Positions 39,213 through 53,705 of a DNA stretch of 64,000 nucleotides are shown here, piece after piece. Source of the DNA: Eledone cirrhosa (Eukaryota). The DNA is taken from positions 196,602,001 through 196,666,000 of the forward strand of contig OZ024740.1 in NCBI GenBank assembly GCA_964016885.1, read 5' to 3'. Every line of letters begins with the position of its first letter. Within the stretch, counting starts at the first letter, position 1. The notes beneath the pieces are model-generated. The model searched no databases. It had not been told where the DNA came from and saw only the letters and a list, made by a program, of their open reading frames with translations. The position numbers and the translations under genes were made by a program.

Positions 39213-39910
39213 CCAGCACTTCTTCCAACATAACGCGCACACACACACATGGCGGCTGACATTGACTTGTTTTTATCCTGACTGGTGAACAAACTAAGGT
39301 CGTTTGGCTTTCTGAATGACATGCCTAATTTCAGAATTGCCTTGAATTTTTTAGTAGTGCGGCCCGACTTAATGTGAGCCACATCCTATGCGGCCCACAT
39401 CTCGAAAACGGTTGCCCATGTCTGCGCTATAACAATGGTGAGGAGCACCTCGCCCACATTAAAATTTGAAACGAATAGGCTATGTAGCCGGTAAACCCTA
39501 AAGGGACGCAACACACTATAGCGTTTCACCAGCCCCTTCCTTCTATTGTCTGTTTATGTATTTACGTGTAGATGTGTGCGTATGTAACTAAAGCGTAACG
39601 TACGTTACGAATGGACGACTAAATGATTTTAACTTGTTTTTAACAATTGATGGTGGAAAAGGTTTCAAATTGTCTTAACAATTGTCTTAATTTGGGTCGC
39701 AACTCATGATATCTGACACTCTTACCGGCTATGATATCTGACATTCTTCCAATTTGAAATTGTCTGCTGACGAAAATATAACAAACGGATTTTCATCAGT
39801 TTCGACGAGGAGCATTCAATTGTTCGATCAACTGAACTATCAGATCATTGAATTGGATTAATGTACAAGTGACTGGCTGGGTATTCCTTAGATAGGTGTG
39901 TGTCAAGCAG

Positions 39911-39962
<52 letters not shown>

Positions 39963-40313
39963 TTATTTTCATTACTAATATTAGTATTAGGGCGGTGGCT
40001 TGGCAGAATCTGTAGAGCGTCGGACCCTTTACCGTATGAGTTCAAATCCTACCGAGGTTAGTTTTGCCTTTCATCAATGCGAGGTCGATAAAATAAAGTA
40101 CCAGTAACGCACTGAGGTTGATTTATTAGACTTTATCCTCCCTCCAAATTGTTGGACCAGAAACCATAATTAGTCTTATTTTTATTGCCCATGTGCAGTA
40201 TTATGTTTGGTATTGTTATTCCTATTGCATTGAAAGTGCTCTTCGTAATATGCGTGCAATGTAGCGTGTCTATTTTCTGTATGCTATATATTCGTAAGAC
40301 CTAGGGTTATGTG

Positions 40314-40916
40314 CAGACCTGCCAACCTCTAAAAACCCAAACGGGGGAGTACTATGAAAACGGGGAGAAATGAGGCAAAATGGGGAGATTTTACATAATA
40401 AAAGCTATACCCATTTTCAGAAGAGAAGACATCTCTCACCCACCCCAAAGTGGGTGGGAGATCTCCCTGTTGGACAGGGAGAGTTGACAGGTCTGTTATG
40501 TGTCTGTCTGTCTCTGCTTGTCTGTCTATCGGTTTGTCTCTCTGTTTTATCATTCCCAGAGCAGTTATTATAGAGATTGTTTCTGTTTTCATCACCCACA
40601 TTACCATTGCTATTGAGCTTCTCTTACCCAGCCCAATGATTCTTGCTTTAGATTTACAGCTTTTGGGAATTTTCTTTGCGACCATATTTCACCCTCTCAA
40701 CTGTTAACCTTATAACAGATATACAATTGAAAATAGTTGCCTTTAACCACACACATCTAGTACTATCACTGTTACAGCGAGGCGGCCTGACGAGTTGCGT
40801 GATTTTTTTGTGGAAGGAAACTACAAGTAGTTATCTATGATATCGTTTATTGCTTTATATTGATTTCATACGGATGACGCCATCTGGCTCCCATTATTTA
40901 GAGGTTGGCAGGTCTG
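40314..40916. mobile_element. Non-autonomous hAT-like DNA transposon
   Basis: Perfect 20-bp TIR CAGACCTGCCAACCTCTAAA / TTTAGAGGTTGGCAGGTCTG. Confidence 0.8.
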
Positions 40917-42035
40917 GTACTATACCACATCAATTATTTCTTTTAGTTCCATATAGGAATCCATCACTCCAACCGCTTTTCTCGTGTTGCATGTCCTTTT
41001 GTCAAGACTATTTGCTATGTCACACAGCTAATAGAGTCTACAAAGCCGTTAGCATTATGAGGAAACGGGCTCTTGTTAGCTTAAACTTAACATCAGCACT
41101 GTTAAAGGCAGCTAGAGTTTTGCAGTAGTATACATTTTACAATCAAATTATCGTGAAGAATGGAGGAAGACCAAACCACTTTCGTAGGAACCTGATACTA
41201 CACTTTTTCTTTCGTTCAACTCTCGTTAATGGTATTTTGTGCATTCCTAGTCTCAGTAAATGGCAATTTTGATAACACTATACCCTAAATTCCTTTCCAA
41301 ATCTCAGTTAGTCCCAATCTCGATGTGATTTCATAAAGAAGGGGAAAGTAAAAGGTAGAATCAGAGGAAAAAACGCGAGAGGACGGAGTACAAGGTACAG
41401 AGGAGAAGAGAGGGACAGGGGGAAAACCCGATGCTACAAGCAAGAACAGCTTTGAAAATCAAGAGACAAGAGAGGATTTCAACATTTAGGGACTCATTAG
41501 CCGCGATATCCTCTAACATTTAATGTCTTCGGCGTTCTTTAGTTCAAGTTTCTCTACTGGAAGAAATAATTAATTGTACGGAAACATTCTATGTTGCACC
41601 TAACTATACATATATTAGTAAGAAAAATACAAGTGAAGGAGGATATCTACGGACTGTTGGTAAGGAGTTTGCAGATCTAGGTCCCTAGATACATGTTCAG
41701 CTTCATACCTATTGTTATTGGAGCTACAAGTTACATACCAACCCACCTAAACCAAAATATAACTAAATTTGGATTTGTGGAAAGAGAACGCAGCTCCTTA
41801 ATTCATAAGCTGCAAATGGCTACGATAGTTGAAATCTTCAAAATCTGTAAAACATTCTTATGATTTAAAGGATGAACGATTGCATAAGGGACGGCGACAA
41901 TTTCCCTTCCTTTACAACCTTACTATCGAGAAGGTGGCCGGTCAAAAATAAACTCAAAATTAAGAGGAAATAACACACACACACAAATCATGCTTGTATG
42001 TATGCATGGATACATGCATACACACACACACACGC

Positions 42036-42129
<94 letters not shown>

Positions 42130-42583
42130 GTAGTAAGCAAATGCACTACTTACTGCGACGGAACAATTGGGTTACGCTTGGTCAGTCGCCAGGCCGGTAA
42201 GTCGGCAGCGTAGAAATACCAAGTAGTGACTTCCGCCCAACCTCTAGTTGACCAGTTTCTCCAGGCATATTGGTCACTAAAAAACCGATTCACAATGGAA
42301 ACTTATTTATGAAGCCACCAGGGTCAGCTTCATGGTGACCACTTGACAGTCTGAAAGAACCTATTGATGATAATATCAAATTATTACTACACATACAAAG
42401 ATAGGCGACGAATTGGCAGAGTCATTAGAGCATATGACAAGCAGTTTTGTGGTATTTGTTCTGGCTCTCTGCGTTCTGAGTTCAAATTCCGCGGAGTTCA
42501 ACTTTCGGGGGTGAATAAAATAAATCAACCATTGGCAGTTGATTGGTAGAATAGTTGGAGCATTGGGTGAAATGCCTTGCAGT

Positions 42584-42732
42584 CAGTGCCGGATTTACCA
42601 CTGTGCTTAGGTGTGCTTAAGCACAGGGCCCAATCTTCTTGCCCTAAAAAATGTTTTACCTCCTTCGGGGCCCAAGTAAGCGGCCTCATGACTAATTAGC
42701 ACAGGGCCTCATTTGTCCTAAATTCAGCACTG
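42584..42732. mobile_element. hAT-type MITE inserted in a SINE
   Basis: TIR CAGTGCCGGATTTA / TAAATTCAGCACTG and an 8-bp TSD CTTGCAGT / CTTGTAGT. Confidence 0.82.
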
Positions 42733-45700
42733 CTTGTAGTATTTGTTCCGGCTTTTTGGTCTGAGTTCAAATATTCAATTCGGTTCTCTAGTCCGAGGAT
42801 ACCTTTCTCTCCCTCCAACCATCCTCGGAGACCGTGAAATTGGTCATAAGAACAAGCCTACCTTCTCTGACTAAACAGTAAAAAAAAAATAAATAAATAA
42901 CCTTACACACAAATTTACTCTTCCTCGGGTTAAGTTCTTTTCAATTTATTCGTAAAGTCATTTCGTTACTCGAAATAATGCCAAAGGACAACCCAATGCT
43001 TCTGTGTGTGAATGTTTGAGTATGTCACGGGATGGGGGTAGGTGATGTATGTCAGTATCGTATGGTATGGCCCCGTAACTCCTGATAGAGCCGTAGGGGT
43101 GCCGAATTGAGATACCGCGTTTCTTGGACATTTTAAGCCTGGCGGAGCCCATCCCTCTCCAAGCCTGAGTACAGCAGATTTCCTCCCGGCAAAGATGGAA
43201 AGTGAGAGAGAGAGAAAATGAGAAAGAGATATAGAGGAAGAAGAGATATAGAGGAAGAATCGAAAACCCTGTACTAGACTGGTACTTTTTTATTGACCTC
43301 GAAAGGGTGAAATGCAAAGTTGACCTCGGTCGGATTTGAACTCCGAGAGGAGAGAGCCGGGACAAATACCATAAAACATTCTATCTGACGTTCTAACGAC
43401 TGTCAATCCACTGACTTTGTATAAAAGCCAAAACTGCTAACAATTGAAATAAAGACAACATTGTATTTACATAACACCACACACGTACACACATACATAC
43501 ATTTATGCATATACAGACACTGTTTGATAACATGGGAAAATACTGTGTAAAATATCTTCGTTGTATTACGAAGTGTTACGATTTTATTATAGACCGTAAC
43601 ACTTGACTTTTGAGGTAATTCACTTTTCGTAATTTCTTCCTTTACCCTATTTTACCCATGTGAGTTTTTTTTATCTACAATAATGCATTTAATTGTCAGA
43701 AACACTACACAGAGACACATCACATATGTAAATATAAGTGTTTTAATGTGTGTATAGTTGTTTCAAATCACACAAACAAATATAAAAGTCATTTCCTTCT
43801 ATCAGAAGTGCTTACACTCACACATAACAACAACAAACAATACTCATTAGTGTACTTTAAACACTCACTTATAAACAGGTAGTTATTCAAACCACCATTA
43901 TCACAACTAGCAAGTTTTCGAACAGTATATACAGTATATGTGTGTTTGTACGAGAATTTGCGTACTGAAATGCATATGTTAGTCGGTTCTTTCCAATGCT
44001 CGGCAGTGTACCAACTTTTTCATGTAAATATTTTGGATTTTATGTAATACAGGACAGGATTAGCAACGAGGGCAGCAGCAGCAGCAGCAATAAGAACTAC
44101 AGTAACAACAAAAGCCGGTTCTTTCTCATGTCATTTTAAGGCTAACCAACAAACTATTCTGTAACCAGCTAGAGGGAAGTATAATCCATGTTTCACCTTA
44201 ATGATAACTATGGAAATAGAAGAAAATCTCAAACAGAGAGAAGGAAATTTATACAAAGTTTGCTGTTCGTTAACTTCATTCAATCCTGGTATACTTCTTA
44301 TATTACACAGGTATCGTGAGAAGCTTGAACTATTTTTTATTCAATCGCTGATTCATTCTCCCGTCTCTTCCCCTCTCTGTCTTTATCTATCCGAGTCGCT
44401 CTATATGTTGCATTCTGTCACATGAATGCATATGCACGCTTTTTATACACACACATACATGTGTGATGCTTAATATGTTTATATGTGTATCATAACCAGA
44501 TGTATGCGCACACTTGTGCGTGTATGTGTAATGTTCGCGCGCGTGATTGATATACTTTTATTGGAAAACTTTGCTAACAGGGCGAGGGTGGTCAAGCAAA
44601 TACCCTCTCCGTGGTTACTAAGTAACCCTATATCAATGAGGTGTTGTAATTGTGTTGTCGTTTACCCATCCCACACACAGTATTCAACTCTGATTCAGCA
44701 TACCTATATTCAAAATCATTACGACCATCACTCCCGTTTTTTTCTTTTTTTTTAGAGTATTTACTACTACATTATTTAATATGTCCATCCATTCTTTGTA
44801 AGACAGTTTAGTGTGGTTTTTAAGAATATTTGGCTGCTATTTCTAGCTGGTTGAGCGACATCATATATAAGTTCTCTCGTTGGTTCTGGACATCTGCAAT
44901 GTTACACAATTATTATTGGTTATTTTTGCGTTTTAACTTAAGAAAGTGAGTTTTAAACTACAAGACATCCATTTAGTATTTTTGAATTACCTGTTACTCA
45001 GGAATATAAACAGGTTGACCCAGATCGATCACACACGAAACACTGTCAAACGTATCCCCCTCTTTCTGAGTACTTATATAATTATACACAACCCACTTCT
45101 ATCCGTCAATATATTGCTAGATATTTCGTAATATGCCATGTCCGTCATTGAATGAGGGTTAGTTCTGTCGAGTAAGAGATGTAAATGGGAAGAATGAAAA
45201 GTAAGCAATACAACTGTTTGTTCAAGAACTTTTCCAAAGGGTTTAGTAGCGACGTAAGTTAAATGATATGATATTAAACAGCTCCGATCAGATACCTACA
45301 CAGAGGACCGGATTCGGCATGCCACACCCTTATGTATGTGTATATGAATATATATGTGAGTGTGTGTAGGTATATATATATATATATATATACGTTATTC
45401 CGGGTTGAATCGGAGGTAACCACAGTAAGTAAGGTACTCAATACACATATTATATTGATGAGAAATTGAATTGCATGTTTTCGTTTATTTTTGTATGTTT
45501 TATGAAGTCTCTGAAGATACAGGGTTGAGTGAAATTAATGGTTAATAACAAATTCCTTGAGTCAATGCTCAGGTTGTTATTTATAGACATCTATGGTTTT
45601 TGATTTAGGCTCAAGGCCAACAATTTGAGGGGAGGGGAAAGGCGATTAAATCGACCTCAGTGCGTTACTGGTACTTTATTTTATCAACCCCGTAAGGATG

Positions 45701-46052
45701 AAAGACGAAGCTAACCTCGGCGAGATTTGAACTTAGAACGTGGACCTTGTAACGTTTCCATTTTCCATTTCGTTATTTTTGAAATATGTGTAATACAAAT
45801 GAAATGTCTTGGATTTCTTTACCTCTGTTTTCTCTGCACTATAATGTATGTGCTCCATACATCTGCAATCATACAACACGTTGGATCTGTTTACTCAATA
45901 GATAGGAAATGAGACTTAACATTTTGGACATTAGTTCTTCATCAGAAGGAACAGAAAAACAATGTTTTGGAGATAATGTGTGTGTGTGTTCAGTCAGCTA
46001 TTTGGGGTATACATACATACATATCATATATATATATATATATATGTGTGTG

Positions 46053-46098
<46 letters not shown>

Positions 46099-47181
46099 TG
46101 ATTTTAGTAAACGCATTTTTAGCTTTGTTATAGTTTCAGTTATTATTATTGTTTCATCAGTGATCAGTTTCTCAGTTTCCTGTGCACAGAGAGAATAGTA
46201 ACTTCTAGCTATTCATAGGATACACAAACTTGGAGAGAACCAAATAGACTGAGCAGATCAGTGAACAAAGTCATTCCATCTTTGGCAATCCTGTCTGTCT
46301 TCCTGAGTATTCAATATACTCTTTTCTCAACATGCTACTTGAGAGAGATTTGGTTGTTATTTCTAGTTAGTTGAATGCCTACATAGTCTCCTGCCTATGC
46401 AACCTGATGGAGCCAACCTATGATCCAACCATAACTATACTGTCTTTAGGATGGAGATTTTTAAGACTACATTAATCTGTATCATTTCCATTTTATGTTT
46501 GTAAAGTGTGATTTGAGGAAATTTTTGCTGCTATTTCTATTAAATCAGATGACCACATAAAACCTCTCTCATGCATGTATATTATTGTTGAGCCTCAGGG
46601 CAACCTTAATCAAAGATAACTAATATCAGATGTATTCCAGCTGTAACACCCAGTCTTATTGCGATATCTAGGGCTACATTAACTAATGTGTATGCTTTCA
46701 AAGCCCTCTGTTATGTTCCAGACAATAGTTTAATCATGGAAAACTTAGTTATTTTATCGTGTGGCAGTAATATGGTTGTGCTTTCCTGTACTTGGTGAGA
46801 ATGTTAGTGTTTTGGGGATGGTTTTAGAGTTGTTGTTTTGTCTCAGGTCAGCCCTGATGAAGATCTATAACTAAAAGATCTTAGTTGGTTAGCCAGTACT
46901 TTATCAACTTGACCACTGCTGCAACACTGACAAAATATCACTAACCTTTCAGATAGTTGTCCAGTACCCTATCAATTTGACCCCTCCTTAACTGTTACCC
47001 TATCTGCTCAGTTATCTATAATTTATTGATAAGGATAAGGAGTGTAGTAACACCTTATGAGTCTGTAACCAACTAAAATATACCAAGATGTATTTAAAAG
47101 TAATAACAAAAATAACAAAACATACAGAACAGTACATAGAAGAAATATATTAGTTTAACGCTTGAAATAGCAGGAAGAGAG

Positions 47182-47217
47182 TCTTAACGTTTCGGACACT
47201 AGTCCTTCATCAGAAGA
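47182..47217 (-). ncRNA. Minimal PLE-type hammerhead ribozyme in a solo 3' terminus (~47100-47310)
   Basis: TCTT CTGATGA A GGAC tagt GTCC GAAACGTT AAGA. The flanks are homologous to 35990-36120. Confidence 0.8.
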
Positions 47218-48627
47218 TAGTTATAAATAGAAGATAAATAGAAAGTAAAGAGTGATGAGAGGAAGGAATGGGGAAAATGAGAAAAAAATTGGGGAGAAAA
47301 AAGAAACGCGTGTGTATTCAGTCGGTCATCTTTAAGATGGGTTAGTTCAGCAGCAACAGGAAGCAGCTTGAATACCTTTGATCATAAGTCTGCTGGCATC
47401 AGTGCCAAAATTGGAAAAATGGCTGCCCGCCTAAGGAAAGAGCCCTGTAAGGCAGAGTGGCTGTTGCAGCGGGTTTCATTTGCTATTCTCCATGGCAATG
47501 CTTTCACCATTTTGTCTGCAGGACAAAGCTGAGAGATACCACTCAGACTGAGGTGTAGAGTCTGTTAATCTTTCCCTTCTACCCGTCCTTTCATTATTTA
47601 ATTTCTTCTGTCATTTTATCTGTTATCTTTTTCTTCCATTCTTCATTTCTTTATTGCTTTGAATAAATTTTTCTGTAAATAAAAATTAGTTGTTCCCTTA
47701 AAAAACCCCAAAAACCTGGAGATAAACTACAATGAAGAAATAGGTGTTGACTGCAGGAGATATATTTGCTAAAATATTAAATCAAATTTACAGTATTTCT
47801 TTACAAATATTATTTTAGCTTTTGCCCAATAATATACCGCCTTAGAAATATTGCTCATCATCAGCTCACAGTAGTGTATCTAGGCAGGAGCAAGAAGTGG
47901 GGGCAGTCCACCATGAGTGACACTTCTTGGAGCACAATTCAAAGACTGATTTGGGTAGCACAAACTCCAGCTATTCATTGCTCAACTTGCTAGAAATAGT
48001 AGCCAAGCCTCTCTCAGATCTAACCCTACAATAACTTTTGTTTAAATGGACACACTTAATAATGGTGTCTGATTTAGGTACAAGGCCAACAATTTTGGGC
48101 AGGAAGTTGATTAGATCAACCCCAGTGTATTACTGGTACTTTATTTTATCAACCTTGTAACGATGAAAAGCAAAGCTAACATCGGCAGGGATTTGAACTC
48201 AGAATGTAAAATTCTATGTTGCTAAGCATGTTGTCCGACGCTCTACCGATTCTGCCAATCCACATAGTCTGAAAAGATAAGATGGTTATGGCTAGAATAC
48301 CTGAACAAGGTCAACAACATTCATACCTTTTATGTAGAACATAATGGAGAAATTCATGTTTCAACTGTGACTCTTTTGACTTTAATATATTTTAAGAACT
48401 GTGCTAGCAGTTGAAGTATATGATATGTATATCTTAATTAATTACCAACATTAGCACTAATTATATACAAATTAGTATATTCAGAATAATACTGAGTGAA
48501 TGGGTATATATTCCCATCAAATACATATTTCCTTGTGGTTGATTAGATGATATGAACACCTGCTGATGAGGGTCCTATTAGATCTGGAAATCGTCTAAAG
48601 GTGTCTATCATTATTTCAATTTAGCAA

Positions 48628-49020
48628 CGGGTGTGGATTGGCAGTATCGGTAGAGAGTCGGACGCCATGCTTTCCAGCATAGTTACGTCCCTTTACGGTC
48701 TGAGTTCAAATCCCGCCGAGGTTAACTTTCCTTTCATCCTTACGGGGTCGATAAAATAAAGTACCAGTAATGTACTGGGTAATTGATGGCCTTGTGCCAA
48801 AAGTAGAAACAATTATTTCAATTTAGCAATATAAGTAGAGTACCGGACAAAATGCTTTATGGCATAAAGTTACGGCCCTTTACAATCTGAGTTCAAATCC
48901 TGCCGTTCAACCTTACAGGGCTGATAAAACAAAGTACCAGTAATGCACTGGGATCGATTTAGTTGACTTTCCCTTCCCCAAAATTTGTTGGCCATGTGCC
49001 TAAATCAGAAACCATTATTT
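48628..49020 (+). mobile_element. Two tandem tRNA-derived SINE copies
   Basis: Same family as 10244, with B-box GAGTTCAAATCC in each copy. Confidence 0.8.
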
Positions 49021-49227
49021 CAATTTACAGGGAAATTTATATTTTCTGGCATGTTTACATATTAAAAACATGTATATATTCATATACACATTGTTGCAGT
49101 CTTAGTTACATACTTTGTATTTATACAGATATAACTTTTATTTATTTTAATCTCTGTTTTAATGTTTCAGACAGTCACAGCATAATGCAATATTTCTTTG
49201 ATAGAAGTAGATATTTAATATTCCAAA

Positions 49228-49326
49228 ATGGATGAAAGGAAGCTGAAACTGATAAATAGTTTTGTTGAAATGATGTTATTAGTTGGTATGGATGAGAATA
49301 CGGGATTGTGTCCGTACAACACCCAG
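49228..49326 (+). CDS. DENND3: DENN domain-containing protein 3-like, first coding exon (exon begins at 49171)
   Basis: Acceptor tttcAG at 49170, peptide MDERKLKLINSFVEMMLLVGMDENTGLCPYNTQ, donor CAG|gtagga (phase 0). Confidence 0.72.
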
Positions 49327-50279
49327 GTAGGATGTTATTTATATATATATATATATATATATTTTTTTCAATCCTTTCCTTACAATATTTCTAACAACTG
49401 TCTGTTTGTTGCTATTGGTTTACATCATTAGAATTGCAAGGGTTTATTAAAATAAGTGCTGAGAATGTTTGAAATTTGAAAATGTTAGAGGACCAACTTT
49501 TGTTCTCTATCTATAAGTAATTTATCCAATTTCTTCAACTATTATAATACATACAGTGCATAATAAAATAGGGATGTGCGATAGAATGAAATCCTGATGT
49601 GCTGGGGGGAAATGGATGCCATATTTGAAATCAGCACCTCAAAATTAGCTAAAAACAACAACAAAACCTAAGTTAGCAAAAAGTGTGTTGACCAGTGCTA
49701 TCTATAAAGAGTCTCCATTCATGAGGACCGTACTGTAGATCATCCACCGCTTTTAACAGTCCTGCCACATGATAGAAACAAAGTATTGTCATTTTTAAAC
49801 TCAGTGGCTCCAAATTACTCAAAAACAGGTCTCAAACTTAGGTCAGCATAAAAATGCAAAATTTTATTAAATTTTATTTTCTGTATTTGGAACTCTCACA
49901 TTTTCAACTATAGCTTATGTTTGGTTATTAAGAAGTAAGAACAATACCCAATTACCCTTTTTAGAATCTCTGAGACTGGTGAGAAGAAAGAGAAAGTTAT
50001 CTTTAGGGTGCAGATATGGCCTAAATGTTTACAAGAAAGTGGACATCACCAAAGGTACCCAAATGTCAGGTAGTGGTGTTAAAGTGATCAACACGTAAGT
50101 CTACCTTCTAAAAAACAAAAACAATCCCACCAGACAGACTTCCACACAATTTCTGTCTATCAAATTTCAACCAAAAGCTAAAGTAGAAGACATTTGTCCA
50201 GCATTCTTTACAGTGGATCAAACCTGACACTTCTTTACTACGCATCCATTTTATTGATATCACCAGGAAAAGGATCACT

Positions 50280-50900
50280 ATGGACTATTTAAATGCAACT
50301 TCAAAGGAAGTTCTACCCAAGGCAAAGAATGAATTTGAAAGACTTGGAGTGGTGAAGGAGAGCACTGCAGCCATACAAAAAGTTTTAAAACTGGTAGAAG
50401 CAGCTGGACTAGATGTAGTTACAGAAGATGACATCTTATTATTGATTGTCAACAGGAAAAGTGAAGAAAAGGGCTTTTCTACTGAAGAATTATGAGCTTT
50501 GGCAGAACACCTGGATACTCAAAAAGAGTAGAATGTTGATAAATCTGAATGTGTTGTGAAGATAATAAAAACTGATACTCTTAACCCTTTAGCATTTAAA
50601 CCGGTTGTATCTGGCCAGAATTCTCTCACCTCTTTCTGTTCAAACTGACTGTAACCAACTACGCATATTTATGATAAGGTACTGTTCTCAAAATAAATAG
50701 TATCAAAATCTCAGAGATTCGATATTATGTGAGATAATTATGAGAGATAGCCTTTACCATGAAAATATAATAGTATATATAGAGTAATGTAAATGGTAAA
50801 GGGTTAAACAATTTCTTGTTAATGCTAATTCTTTGATTGAAGAGTGTCATGAAATAGACCATGATTATAAGTAAAGTAACTTTGTAAAGAGGAGTTTAAA
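50280..50900 (+). mobile_element. Pogo/Tigger-like transposase C-terminal remnant interrupted by a MITE
   Basis: The AAGLDVVTEDDILLL...FSTEEL acidic motif resembles Tigger C-termini. Confidence 0.35.
50585..50803. mobile_element. piggyBac-type MITE
   Basis: TTAA|CCCTTTAGCATTTA ... TAAATGGTAAAGGG|TTAA. Confidence 0.75.
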
Positions 50901-51286
50901 TATAGCAGATCTAAAGTTGATTCCAATGCCACTGTCTAACAAGATCAATACAGGGGCGCTATAAAATTTGCATCATCTTCAAACAAAATCACTTGGTGAG
51001 TACATTCCATATTTGGCATGGTTTCTAGAACTGAATTACCATAAAGCCTAAGGTTGCACTATAGTTTTCATGTGTACAATTCATAATATAAGGGATATTT
51101 ACGAATATAAGCCAACTGCCTATTTTATGTCTGAAAAATAGGCCAAAGTCCAAATCCCATTTATAAGCCAAGGCAGGTAATCAACTCTTGTTTAGATGGC
51201 ACGGTTTTGAAATTCTCATGTGTGTAGAATATATTTATGAAGTTTTAATATTTTGATATTTATAATGTTCTAAATGTTGTTTAGAG

Positions 51287-51511
51287 CAGGGCCGGATTTA
51301 ATGGGGTGCAAAGGGGGCAATTGCTCCATTCTCCCGATGGCCATAACAATTTAATACCTGTATGTATAACTTTTCAATTCCAATTATTCGCGCCAAGCTA
51401 ACTTTGATATGTAAAATTTGGGAGTTTGCTGTGTATTCTAATTTTTTTGTGTATGAGGAGCCCCCCAAACCTGATGTGCTCCTGGCCCCCCAAGGTTTAA
51501 ATCCAGCCCTG
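51287..51511. mobile_element. hAT-type MITE
   Basis: TIR CAGGGCCGGATTTAA / TTAAATCCAGCCCTG and a degenerate 8-bp TSD GTTTAGAG / GTTCAAAG. Confidence 0.8.
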
Positions 51512-52077
51512 GTTCAAAGTATAGTTTTTGTTTCACAACTCCATTACGTAATGATTTTTTACCAATTTCTAACTGTTTTGAAGGCCATATTTACTCAAAA
51601 CATATAAAAAACAATAGGTGGCATTCAAGATGTTTGGAGGAGCTGGGCCATTGACAATTAAGTTCTTGTCATCATTGGTGGTTTGCCTTATTGAGGTATC
51701 AAGTGATGCCTGTGGGAGTGCTTGGTTGTACCAATGCCTTAGCCTCGCTATCACTTGCGGTAACACTGCCAGTGTGTTGGCTTGCCTCAAAAAGTACTAG
51801 AGGGACACACACTTAGTGTTGACTTAATATTTTTTTTTTATATATTTTCATGTGAAATATTTATGTAATTAAGTAATAGAGATATACATATGTGTTGAAT
51901 TTTGACAGTTATTGAATAGAGGTCCCTTAGCTCAATGGCTAGAGCACTCAGCTGGTATCTGAGATATATGAAGTTCAATCCCTCATAGTAGGCATTGGCA
52001 ACTTCTTTTTCCGTCTTTAAGGGTCTTCACCCTATTTTATAGCAACTGACTATACTGACAGTTATTTTCTGAACCTA

Positions 52078-52142
<65 letters not shown>

Positions 52143-52458
52143 ATGACAAAAAGCACCCACTCCATGCCGTAAAGTGGTTGTGTAGGTGTCATGATAAAAA
52201 GCACCCAGTCCACACTGTATATGTGGTTGGCATTATTAGATATCAAGACAAAATCAGTTCTGTATGAGCAAGATACAGTCATCTCATCTGGCTTGTCTTA
52301 CAATGAGACTACTCATCTCACCCATGCTAGCATGGAAAAATGGACATTAAGTGGTAATGATGATGATACACACACACATATAATATAGCAATAGAATAAA
52401 AGATTTGTCATTATTGCTTTTTTTTTTAGATTACAATCTTGTAGGTTCTCTGTTTCAG

Positions 52459-52750
52459 ACATACCCAAAGAAAAGTATCTCTGGTTTCCGTGATGCATTC
52501 TCAATGATATATGAACCAAAACTCCTTAGTTGTTTTGCGTCCAATGTTGTTACACATTTTTATCCATTCCTACTCGAAGAAATCCTCACAGACAATACGG
52601 TATCGGACCCCAAATTACAACAAATACTTTCCCAAAAGAATGACCATTCAAACCTGGAGACGAGATCTGTAGGAAGTGACCCAGACTCCGATATCAGTCA
52701 GAGTAGTATGCTCTCTGATATCCGAACTATTGCCCACTTTTGCTTCCCAG
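52459..52750 (+). CDS. DENND3: DENND3-like coding exon 2 (uDENN)
   Basis: Phase-0 acceptor tttcAG, peptide TYPKKSISGF...YEPKLLSCF...IAHFCFP, donor G|gtaagt (phase 1). Alternative phase-1 acceptors exist just upstream. Confidence 0.85.
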
Positions 52751-52985
52751 GTAAGTGTTAAAAATCATCCTGGTTTGTTATACTTCTCACATTTTCTGTT
52801 TTTTTTAGGCAGGGATTAGGGTGAAAGCATAACCCTTTCATTACCATATTTCTGATGAAACACATTGCTTATGGTTTTCAAATAATTTTTAAAATAATAA
52901 AGAATTTGAAGGAATTTAGTAATATAACTGACTTTCTCATTAAGTTGGTGTTTGGAATGTAACTTATGACCAATTCCTACATAAA

Positions 52986-53172
52986 ATAATTGTTTCTACT
53001 TTAGGCACAAGGCCAGCAATTACCCAGTGCATTACTGGTACTTTATTTTATCGACCCCCGTAAGGATGAAAGGCAAAGTTAACCTCGGCGAGATTTGAAC
53101 TCAGATCGTAAAGGGACGTAACTATGCTGGAAAGCATGGCGTCCGACCCTCTACCGATACTGCCAATCCACC
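52986..53172 (-). mobile_element. tRNA-derived SINE (intronic)
   Basis: Reverse complement of the 48628 copy. Confidence 0.85.
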
Positions 53173-53705
53173 GGATGGAAGGTGTGGTTGGTGTTATGAA
53201 GGGCATCCAGTTGTAAAAATCCCAGCCAAAATACAGTTCCATCTGAGGAAGGTACGGCATGGCCAGCTGGCCAGATTTGTCACATGATGTGGGCATCCAT
53301 CTAACCCATGCAAGCATGGAAAATTAGATGTTAAATGGTGATGGTGATAAACATTTTAAAACAAAGTTTTTTATCATAGAGCCAATAGAGGTTTCAGATA
53401 GTTTGGTATGAAAAAGGTTGAATAGATATATGGATAGATGTGTAGTTAAGAACTTTACTTTTCAATTATGTGCTTCAGATTTTGATCTGACAATGTGGAA
53501 CTTTGAGTAAGTGTCATCTAACATAGCCTTAGGTTGACCATCCTATGTCAGCATGGAAAAATAGATAGAAAATGATGATGATGATAGTGGTGTGTGTGTG
53601 TTTTATGCATCTTTTGCTGGTAGAACTTGGCAAAGTATGTAAACATTAGTGAGAAAATCAATAAACTGATGTTTTTGAACAAAAATATCTTGTCATATTT
53701 ATATA

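Noticed and set aside
44040-44135. Minus-strand Leu-rich, signal-peptide-like stretch with a CTG repeat
   Set aside because: The ATG frames hit stops within a few codons.
45910-45952. Copy of the 36002/47182 hammerhead family on the minus strand
   Set aside because: GAAAC is mutated to AAAAT and stem II is mismatched, so it is not called as a ribozyme.
48556-48604. CTGATGA...GGAAA hammerhead-like motif
   Set aside because: Stems II and III are poorly paired; at best a decayed copy.
49965-50094. AG...GTAAGT-bounded segment as an extra DENND3 exon
   Set aside because: There is an immediate TGA in the required phase and no DENN similarity.
51920-51995. tRNA-like sequence (also at 3548-3620)
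   Set aside because: A- and B-box remnants are present but there is no closed cloverleaf, and the shared downstream tail indicates SINE heads.
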